From Negaprion brevirostris (Eukaryota): 64,000 bases of DNA. Numbering within the stretch: position 1 is the stretch's first letter; every line of letters begins with the position of its first letter. The position numbers and the translations under genes were made by a program. The notes below the pieces were generated by a model. That model ran no database searches and was not told the origin of the DNA. It was given only the letters and a program-made list of their open reading frames with translations. Positions 54,005 through 64,000 of this stretch are shown here, in pieces. The stretch covers positions 113,626,077 through 113,690,076 of the forward strand of contig JARDVH010000001.1 of NCBI GenBank assembly GCA_030324005.1. Reading direction: 5' to 3'.

Positions 54005-54220
54005 CTGCAGACTTTCCACACCCTCCACGCAATTTGCTTTTCCACTCATCTTCGTGTCATCAGCAAATTTCATCACCCTACGCTCAGCCCCCTCCTCCAG
54101 ATCATCTATATAAATGGTAAATAGCTGAGGCCCCAGCACCGGTCCCTGTGGCACGCCACTAGTCACCAACCGCCAACCAGAATAGCACCCATTGATACCA
54201 ACTCTCTGCTTCCTATTAGA
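54005..54220 (-). mobile_element. Young CR1 RT fragment next to a gap
   Basis: VTSGVPQGPVLGPQLFTIYIDDLEEG..KFADDTKMSG. Confidence 0.95.
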
Positions 54221-54249
54221 CAGACAAACAAATCCATTTGAGATGGGGT

Positions 54250-54610
54250 GTCTTCATATGGCTGAAGAGGCCAATTCTTGAGAGGTAGATTCTGAAGCAA
54301 CTAAATTTTGTTGTGGGTTGTTCTTTTCAACATTGGTTTCTAAGCCAATGCAGCCACTGGTCATTGTGGTATTACACATTAAGTTCACAGGAGATGTCAC
54401 CATTTCCTTCTGTCATTAGCTGGTGCGATATTTAATGTCTAGGGCCTTCATGCCATGTTTGGAAACATCTTTGAAGCAGAGGTTTGGTTGGTCATCTATC
54501 TCTGACTACAACATCATACAAAAAGTGCTCACACATGAGCTTGTTTTCTGTCCTGCCAAATTGCCAACAAAGCTTCCTCTGTTTCATGAATGCTGACAAA
54601 CTTGTGAACT
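54250..54610 (-). mobile_element. Old RTE-like LINE 3' fragment
   Basis: Minus strand QPNLCFKDVSKHGMKALDI resembles the RTE C-terminal GRP.LRFKD motif. Confidence 0.45.
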
Positions 54611-54679
54611 CTTTATAATTCAGTGATCTGCACTATTATTTGTTTTATTATTTTGAAGAACGGAATTTTGAAGACCAGG

Positions 54680-55820
54680 TAGATTAAAACAAAATCATGT
54701 CTCAACCTTCTAAATTCAAAGAAATATTGACCAAGTGTACATGAACTGTCCTTACAAAGAATTTGTAACATTCTAGTGAAACAGAGTTGTACCTGATTTA
54801 AAGACAAGTGTCTTTTTTGAAGTTTGGTGGCCAGAATTGAATGCAATGCTACAGATGGGGTCAGCTAAATCTCAGCACACCTAAAGCATCATTTCTTCAA
54901 TTTTGTGTTCAAACCCTCTTAAAATAAAGACCCACATTCGATTCATGCTTGTGATTAGATTTTGTATTAGGGAGCTGGCTTTTAGTGGTTTGTGTGCATG
55001 AAAACCCAGATTGCTTTGCTTCTGCATTGTCTTTATGAGCAGTAAAATATTCTTCATGTTAGTTCAGATTCAAGTGGATGATTTTACATTTCCCCACATC
55101 TAACTCTATTTTGTTCACTCACTAAGTATTTTTAAGTCCTTCAGTTTGATATAAATATTCCACACATGTGACATAGATTGGTAAAGGAGTAACATGTGTT
55201 ACTGAATTGTAGGTAAGGCAATGTACATACAGCGCTAACTAGGCAATTATGAGGCAGATCTGACCTTGACTTGCTGCCATATATTGTGTACAAAGTTATG
55301 CGATTAATACATTACACTCTGTTTCAAGGTGGGTAATGATTGACAGCAATTTAAGATTACAAATTCCTCTTTTTTTTCTAAAATAGAGCTTTACCATTAA
55401 AGAATGAACCAGTTATATGAGGATAAATGAAAATAGCTGTGTCTGAATATACCAGATATAAAGGAAGTACATCATTGGTTTCCTTATCCATCCAGATTTT
55501 GTTACAATGGTCTTGGTGAAGGTTGCTGTATGTTTTCAGAATGTTGGCTAGAGGTGCTTTGAACATATGAATTAGGAGCAGCAGTTGGGTCACTTGGCTC
55601 TCTGAGTCTGCTCTGCCAGTCAATGAGATCAGGGCTCATCTGATTGTAACCTCAACTCCACATTCCTACCTACCCTCAGTGATCTTTCACCCCCTTACGT
55701 ATTAAGAATCTGTCTACATCTACCTTAAAATATTCAAAAACTCTGTTTCCACTCCTTTTGAGGTAGAGAGTACCAAAAACTCACAACCTTCAGAAGGAAC
55801 TTTTCACCTACTCTCTGTCT
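54680..55820 (-). mobile_element. Old CR1 fragments (~54680-55130 and ~55560-55820)
   Basis: FEFRRLRHDF and ILATKLQKRH motifs; CR1-type tail gaacatatgaattaggagcagcag. Confidence 0.6.
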
Positions 55821-57119
55821 AATCTAACCACAAGCTTGTTCTAAGATGCAACACTGATTAAAAAGAATCATTTAGGACAATGTTACGCTCTCATGTTCCT
55901 CAGTTCTTATCTTATAACCATTGGAGTGTTGACATTTAATAACTGGGAAGGGTTTTCAGCATTTGTCTGCTGAATAGTGCACATACTCGGTTCCAGTTGT
56001 TGCGTAGCCTGTTGATTGTTGACCAAAGTTTCAGAGTTCCATAATCTACTTCCAGCATAAGCATTGAGTTTTCAATGATGCTCCATGTAATTTGTGGCCT
56101 GTGCTCCTTGCAGTTGTCTTGACATGACTATGGATGGTGACCAAGGATAAGTCCCTGCAAGTCAGCAGACCTGCAATCACTGGACCCACAGCATCCACAA
56201 AATAAAACATCTGGGGAAACCAGGATGAATTGTTGTCCTGTCACTTAAGTGTAATGATTCCAGAGAAGGAATCTCAGAGCCATCGCAGATGGTAAATTTA
56301 GTAGTAGTTAGTTGGATCATCTCTTGCCTTGCCTATGGGTATCTTTATTTCAGCATGTGAAGTGGAAATATGCTTGCATCTGTACCCAGCTTTACCTAGG
56401 TTATGCTAACCTTGCATCTGGGGCATGTAATCTGGATGGTGAAAAAGCTTCAGTTGGTACCATTCTACCAATACATTCTTTACCATGTAGAATGTCAACT
56501 CAGTTTGCGTATCAATGAACTGGTTATCTCATGATCTGTCCTTATAGCTTGGCTAGACATTTTCTGGATCTTATTTTGACGATATCTGGTGCGTGCTTTT
56601 GGTTGTTTGGAATGCTACTACTGTTTGTCATCTGGCTGTGTTTCTCATGAGAGAGGGAGTGAATGAAACAAAGTGAATCATTTCACATGGATACCTTCCA
56701 GGTGCAATCTTCAAAAGTAATCATTAGAATTCCTCAAATCGTATGACCAAAAAAAAATCTGAAAATCTTACACACGCCAGAGCAAATTGTGTTGGATAGA
56801 GCCTTCTTGTGCTGTCAGACACATGGTCAAGTGCAGATGCTGGACGCAGCAATGTTCAATAGACCACATCGCTAATTATCTCAAACGCGCACACCATAAC
56901 ACGTAGACCATTTTTCTGACTTAGTTAGGCGATTAGAAATAAAATTTTAGCAAATGTTGATATATCTTCAAAACATAATGCCTTCGGTAATAACACATTA
57001 AGCTCTATTATTACAATGCCGGAATTACAAATTTTAAAGACATGGTACCATTTTATAGATATTTTGCCTGGCTGTTTGAAGACACGCATTTTTAAATGAA
57101 AACTCTCTGGCGTTAACTT

Positions 57120-57300
57120 CTTACCCGTGGAAAATTAATAAGGTTGTTTTGTCAGCTGACAGCCTTTTTAAATATTATTTCACCAGGGAAATCAAAGCTT
57201 CGGCTCAGATTATAGGTCGGTATTTTTTGGATTTATGTGATTTACGGTAACCATGACAACTAATGCTGACTGTTAGCTCCCCAATTTTCCGCCACAAAAA
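57120..57300. promoter_or_regulatory. Candidate intronic enhancer (dense TF motif cluster)
   Basis: TGTCAGCTGACA at 57150-57161, ATCAAAG at 57191-57197, TGGATTTAT at 57228-57236, TGATTTAC at 57238-57245, X-box GTAACCATGACAAC at 57247-57260. Confidence 0.5.
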
Positions 57301-59210
57301 CTCGCAAGATCTTTAATCAAACGAACGGGTCGAGCTTTTACTGTTCATCTTAGTAGCACATGCAAAGTGCACGGGACTTTTTACATGTCGATGGAGGCGA
57401 ACGGGTAAACTGTGATCCAGGTTGCAGACAAATAATTGTGCTAACAGTTTTGTGGGACGACAGTAACCCCCACCCACCGACCGCACCCTCCGTTCTTGCA
57501 GTATTCTTTACCAAGAGCACCCCGCTGTCGATCCGGCCTTCCACTTGGAGTAGAAAGCAACGCTCTTTGTTTTCAAGAAAATTAAGCTTGAAACTTACAC
57601 AAATCCTAAATGCCCTTGACAAATAAGCGAGACTTCTGACCGGTGTTGAAAGTAGTTGATGTCCTTCAGGCAACAGGGCTTGACCCAGGAAATGACTGCA
57701 TAAGTATGAAAGTGGTTACGGCGTTACAGTTAATGCCGAGAACTTGCTGGGCCCGCTAACGTTTAACTCACAACTTAAATTATACCCGCGTTTGGATCAG
57801 ACAGAGAGTTGGATACAGCACACTTTTTATGATTCACGCATTTCCACGTAGTAAAATCTTCCGCTGAGGCTGACTGTAAGAAGCTTACAAGTGAATGTGC
57901 ATTTAAAAGTTTCTACTCCGAGGTGGGATGCTAGAGTGCTTGCAAGTGGCTGAAATCAGGCGTTTGACATTTGGAACGTTATAGCACTGTGAAGGGTTTC
58001 CTGTTTTCAATGTGCCACATTTTAAATACAGACAGTAGTTTTGATAGTTTGGTGTTCTAACAGGAAGCAATATAATTCCATGGATATTATGGTGAATAAG
58101 TTGCATGCATTTCCAAACATGGCCGAGCATCTCACGCTCGCCATCTTAAGATTTCAATATCAATGTCTTTTTTTTCTCAAGAACATATTTCTTGAAATGT
58201 ATTCATTGAGGCCAAACCTACTTACAGTTCCGTCAACATTTACTTGTAAGATTAATACATGCGCATTTTAAGGATCAATCTGCATCGAAGGTCTAATATA
58301 AAGGCAGTTGTAAACAGTCGAAAAGGCCCCGTGAAAGGACATAATTGATAGAAAATAGTCCTGCATTTAATTCGGCTGTTTGAATTGATTATTGTGATTG
58401 TGAAAACTGGACTGCAATTCTTCTTTTACTGACCCGATTGGCGCTGAAGCACTAAAAAAAATTTGGGAAGAGTGCAAGTGTCCAAATTCACCAAGACTCA
58501 GTGAAATGATAAAGACCATTCCATTAGGATTAAAACTAAAATCGGGCTTGAATGCTATGACAAATAATGTTTGCCCCAAAGTCTCTTAATAACGCGCGTT
58601 TTGCACCAATGAAGACAAATCCTGGTCACTTCAGATGTGGGATAAAAATGAAAATTCGACAACAGTCGCCAAAGTCCTTCCAATAACAACCACAAACTTG
58701 TGAAAATTTGCATTAAGTTTGATCTCCTTCATCCCCCCTCAAATTCAAGCTTAATTTTGTTCTTAATGTTAACAGTCACTTGAAGTCAAGGAGGTAATGA
58801 TAATCCGATATTAAATCCCTAGCCAGGTTGTACTGTTTGTAGATAGGTTCTCGGCCTGAGGACTGGTTCACGTCTTTCTAGGTCACATTCAGCACCCGAG
58901 AAGGGAAATATTTACTTTACGTCAGTACTTTATGATCATTTGGGAATTTGAAGAAATTCAATAAGAAAACTCTCGGAACCCGTTTAAAGCCCAGTTAAAA
59001 GACTTAAGCAAATTAGAGTCTTATCAGATTAAAAACCACTACAAATTTAAGAGCGTTCTCTCCATCACAACATCGCGCGGTTATGCACGGAAGAATCTTG
59101 CCAAATCTCGGGGATAGATGATCTTAAAAAACAGCTAACGAACAGAATACCGATTAATGATAAGCTTTCGGACAGGGAGAGAATCTAAATATTTATTGCA
59201 GATCAGCGTT

Positions 59211-59236
59211 GTGTGTGTGTGTGTGTGTGTGTGTGT
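59211..59236. repeat. (GT)13 microsatellite
   Basis: Read directly from the sequence. Confidence 0.95.
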
Positions 59237-61062
59237 TTTATTCAGCTTTAGTGAAATGGTAAACACGGAGGTTGAGATACTGAGAGCGGGAAGTGTCAAA
59301 ACCCCCGTGTCAGTACAAATCCCCCCTTATTAGCCTCGTCACCAGTATTCACGAGTTAGGTTAATCAGGCAAGGAGCTTTCCGACTTTAGATTTTGCAGC
59401 TGGAAGCGAACCTGTTTTGCTTATTGAATCAAACACGTCTGAAGAGCTGCCACTGGGCCAGATCTAAGATGCCGCCTTCACATCTGTTTTGTTCGCAGCC
59501 CTTGCCTCCGTCAAATTGAAAATAATTCGAACAACCGGCATTGTCGGGAACCAAAAATGTTTCCTTTTTTTGCTGGAGAATTGAAACCGGGTGTTTAAAA
59601 TGACCAGGCTGAAAGATATTTTTAAAAGTCTCATACTGCAAGCAAAACAAACACAAATTTTATATGATTTCTTTTTCCTGGCGGCAATAAAATCTAAACT
59701 CTTCTGTTTAAAACTACAACTTGGTAACTAGGCATTATTTATTCGATGTATTCGGCGCTTCCACGTCGTTCACTTTCTTTAAGTCAATTGTAAATATTAG
59801 CAAAAGAGTAAAGACGCAAACTGGAAATTAAATAGCATGCTGGAGACTTGAAATGCAAACTCAAAATGTTACCAACACATCGCAGACTGTTCAGCTCTGG
59901 AATGAGATATTGTATCAAAGGTGAAACCAGAAACGTTAACCTATCTCTGTCCTTCAGATACTAACCAACCTGCTGTGTATTTCCAAGATCCTTATAAACA
60001 AAATCTAACCATTTAATCTTACTCGTTACACTCTAAATCGCCCTAGTTATGGAGAATAATGGGGCTGCTTAACGCTCAACCTTTGAATTAATATTGCCCT
60101 TGTATGACAAGCCATGCGTGGAATCAAACTTAGAACTTCAATGCAAACTACGAAAGTATAATAATTTGAATTGTAGATATATATATATACTTAGTTTCTT
60201 TTTGTTTTGCGAATGGTTGCTAATATTACTTCGCGATGAAGATGTAATGTAATTCAGATCTGTGAATTAACAAATTATTACAATTGCAGGTGCAAATCAA
60301 TGTCAATATTAATAACATGTCGAGAAAACACCTAAATACTGCACATATTTTCCAAAGGAAAAGCAAATGATTACAACATACCAACCAGGGTGCATATTTT
60401 CCAAATTAGTGACGATTCAAAATTTTAAAAAAGTCTCTATTGATGTTGCCAACCTATGCTCTACCAAACACTGAATACAAATCGATTAATTGGCAACTTC
60501 CTCAAGTAGTAAGAGGGTGGTCGAAAGGATAGCTTCCCCTCGGACTGCTCTTTTATTCAAATAGGTCCTCTGAAAGTACATTGCCCATTCAAAAAGAGTG
60601 AGTGTGTTTACTGTGTGCTTGGCATGGGCAATAATTAAGAACTGGAGCAAATTGGCTCATTTGTACGGAACAATTTTTTTTTCAAAAAGCAGCGATGGGG
60701 ACACGATTAGGCAGCATACGAAGAGAAATAAGCAATATTTGTGTTTAGTACATGAAGCAAGCAGGGCGACTACCGTGAACTGGTGTTGTTAATCTGGGGT
60801 GAGATTATGTTCCATAACCAAGGAATATTAAAAAAGTGGCATTGGAAAAAATTAGTTGTGTAACTTAATAGTGAATCTGAACAACAAGATTTGAAGATAG
60901 GTTTAAATAAGGGGGTTGAAGACAGACTGAGAATGTGTATAATTTGAGGGTTATAAATCACTCAGGCTGCTTTCTCTGCCTCGCTCCCTCCTCACTGAGT
61001 GAAGGGACAGGACTCCAGGTGCATTNNNNNNNNNNNNNNNNNNNNNNNNNNNNNNNNNNNNN

Positions 61063-61330
61063 GACGTCACAGACGCAGAGAGGGGCGGGCCCCGTCTCCA
61101 CCTCACTGATTGGGATAGTGACGCGCCGGGATTCGGCGGCGGCCCCGCCCCCCAGCGCTGTTGACGGGCCGGCAGTCCGCGTCACTCAGTCTGAGTGACA
61201 GCCGGGGGGCGGAGGCTGGCCAGGAGGAGGAACTGCCGAGGTTATCAGAGGCGGCTCCGCTCTTAAAGCCACTGGTGAAACAGGGAGCGCGTTTTGCGGC
61301 AGGAGCAGCGGCAGTCCGGGGATCCTTATC
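61063..61330 (+). promoter_or_regulatory. pitx2: CpG-island promoter of pitx2c
   Basis: Very GC/CpG-rich; GACGTCA at 61063-61069 (first base hidden by gap), GC boxes at 61082-61089 and 61143-61150, inverted CCAAT at 61109-61113; directly upstream of the pitx2c exon. Confidence 0.8.
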
Positions 61331-61660
61331 TGCAGTTACCTATCCCTGTCACTCGGACGCACACATACACAGTGTCAGCCCGGAATCATTCATTCATTGT
61401 CACCCCTCAGTCTGCTTCTTCTCCTCCTCTGACACACTTTCATCCCTGCACGGGCTTTCTAATGAAGAGAGCAGCACGAATGCGCAATTTAAAGAAGATT
61501 TGTGCAACTATCTATTGAAGATTTGTGCACGACAGTTCCTGGATCACCACACCCCTAGATCATTGCATTCCCCTTTGGACTTCTCTCTCAGTGTGAGGTG
61601 GGCTGCGAGAAATTTAATCCTCTTTGGAACATCGCACCGGCTGCTTGTATTTGTTTATAG

Positions 61661-61844
61661 ATGAACAGTGCAAAAGACCCGTTGACTTTGGACCACCCTA
61701 GAAACAGCAGCAGCGGCAATAAATTGGTGCGGGATCAGGCAGCATTAGCCATGGCTTCGGGTTTGCAACCGGTACGAACGAGCGAGCCCAAGCATCGGCT
61801 CGAGGTTCACACTTTATCGGACACCTCCAGTCCTGACACGGGAG
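61661..61844 (+). CDS. pitx2: pitx2c first coding exon (exon 4)
   Basis: MNSAKDPLTLDH...LAMASGLQP...KHRLEVHTLSDTSSPDTG matches PITX2c MNCMKGPLHLEH...LAMASVLAP...KHRLEVHTISDTSSPEAA; donor G|gtaagg, phase 1. Confidence 0.95.
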
Positions 61845-62543
61845 GTAAGGCCTTTTCCATCCATATAACACCGCATCGATTTCACTCCAATCGGACATAG
61901 TGCCACTTCCTTATTTTATGGCATAACTTTATTGCGTCTCAAGACAAAAATGCAATGCGTTTTGACATCAGCGATCATTTTATTACTCACTTTGTACGAT
62001 ATGATATATTCAGTGTTTCACATGTTATGTCTGCAAATTGCACCGTTCCTGAGTTATATCCATGAGCGCGTGCAATGAAATTCTATGCGAATTATTGTTT
62101 AGTATAATAATAGAACGGGGTATTAAATATTCATTTATTTATTACAGTCTAAAATGGGTCTATTCGTACTTTAATCGTTATGGGCAAGGAAATATGTACA
62201 TTTGCCAATGAAGTGAGTAGCTTGTTTGCATTTTGTAGACTAAGAAAACGCGCTGAGTATACATTCAGGGGTGGAAATATTTTATACATATCATTTCTGT
62301 TTCTGCATCAGAGTAGGTGCTTTATAACTCTGCAAATATACAAATTGAATATATGAAGCAATGCGCAAAAATAAGCTATTGTCATTTAAAAGTCAACCAG
62401 GGCATTTAATTTAGTCATTTAATCATGAGATGCTACGATTTAAACCCGCAATATCGCTGTGCTTGTGCACTTAAAGGTACTTTTAGGATGCACAATGTCT
62501 AGTTCGTTGTTTCTGGTTGGACTTACCTTTCTCAGGTGTGTGA

Positions 62544-62825
<282 letters not shown>

Positions 62826-63139
62826 TAATGCTTTTCAGTTGCATCCCCTTCACTATTAGCAGCAACATTTCTGTGCTAATTTTGCATCGTCAGTAATTTT
62901 TGAAGACAAAACCTGAATCAAACTACAGCGGCGATTTTATGGGGACTTGATCATTAATGTAATTCGACGCATTAATAACTTCCTTGAATTATTTACCTTA
63001 GGCAAGATAGACTCCACAATAGCTTGTCACAATCGCATATTCCTGCTATCTCTTTGCAGCATCCATTAAATAGGGAGATAAGAAACATTTGAACCTACAT
63101 TACAGTATTGTCCAGTGTAAAAGTCGGCCATAATGTTGT

Positions 63140-63420
63140 TCTTTCGAAATTAAAGTGCAATGTTTATTTCACATTGGAATACGGTGCAAACTTGCTAAAT
63201 AGCGCTTAACAATAGTTTGTCAATGTAGGACACCAGTTGTGTAAACAATGCTGTGTAACAGGCCATTGTGATATTTGTCTGAGATTACATCCCAATACAC
63301 AAATGTGGCTGCGTGCTGAGAAGTCTCGCTGCCTGAATGTGGATTCCAACAACTGTGAAAAAAGAGGTCTTTCCTTAAGATTGACGTGATTCATTAGGCT
63401 TCACTTAGTGCCTCGAATGG
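63140..63420. promoter_or_regulatory. Putative asymmetric (ASE-like) Nodal/FoxH1 enhancer in the last intron
   Basis: FoxH1 consensus AATACACA at 63294-63301 and TGTGGATT at 63338-63345; Smad-type GTCT at 63277 and 63323; Nkx2-like TAAAGTG at 63151 and CACTTA at 63402. Confidence 0.7.
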
Positions 63421-64000
63421 TACATAGATAGATAGTCTGAGAAGCTATTCCAGTCTTTCTTAGCTGATCCCTGATTGACCAATAGAAAGGCAACATAGAT
63501 TGATGAATGGATGGAACTTTGTTATTGGTATCCCAATCATTTATGATTCGCAGCTCCGTGGAGACCCATGAAATTCCTGTGTTACACAAGATCTCTGTTA
63601 ACGAAGTCACACTGCTGTTCCTGTATGTGTGACTTCAAAACAGGTACTGTATTGCGCAATCCAATTGTTTATCTGGCTATACCGTGAACAATAAAAGTAG
63701 GCTATATGCATGTTTGTAAAAAACGTATTGAGTCAACTTCCAATACATTCCCAACGGTGCACTGCTTTTCTTTCTCGGAAAAACACACTCCTGAAGGACA
63801 ATGTGTTTCCGTTTGGCGTATGTTTCCGAACGCAAANNNNNNNNNNNNNNNNNNNNNNNNNNNNNNNNNNNNNNNNNNNNNNNNNNNNNNNNCTTGCTGT
63901 CCTTACTCTGCTACGTCTGAATTATTAATTCACTAAACCTTCCAGATGACAAACAAGTGAGAAGCAGCAGGCCTCCAGGTCACAGCATTCACAATCGATT

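Noticed and set aside
61161-61664. 167-aa ORF over the pitx2c promoter and 5' UTR
   Set aside because: Non-ATG start, out of frame with pitx2c, and expected by chance in GC-rich sequence; no recognisable motif.

Overview
This is vertebrate genomic DNA, most likely from a cartilaginous fish (inferred from shark-type CR1 LINEs and V-/Deu-core SINEs). It is a draft assembly with many N gaps. The right part holds the 5' portion of the paired-like homeobox gene pitx2 on the + strand. I read a probable non-coding exon 1 (~45.6-45.77 kb), coding exon 2 (48470-48529), the b-isoform cassette exon 3 (49682-49816), the CpG-island promoter and first exon of pitx2c (CDS 61661-61844), and the homeobox exon (62608-62813). 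The last intron begins here and carries paired FoxH1 sites like the left-side ASE enhancer; the final exon lies beyond the window. The left ~38 kb is CpG-poor and dense in decayed transposons (CR1, Gypsy, PIF/Harbinger, hAT, SINEs). Two observations stand out. First, skipping exon 3 (the canonical pitx2a splice) creates a TAA stop at the junction, so only the b and c isoforms look translatable. Second, a chain of phase-compatible, partly disrupted minus-strand exons runs away from a CpG/ETS/YY1 promoter at ~38.9 kb, suggesting an unannotated decayed gene head-to-head with pitx2. Family assignments come from motif recognition, not database searches, and repeat boundaries are approximate.
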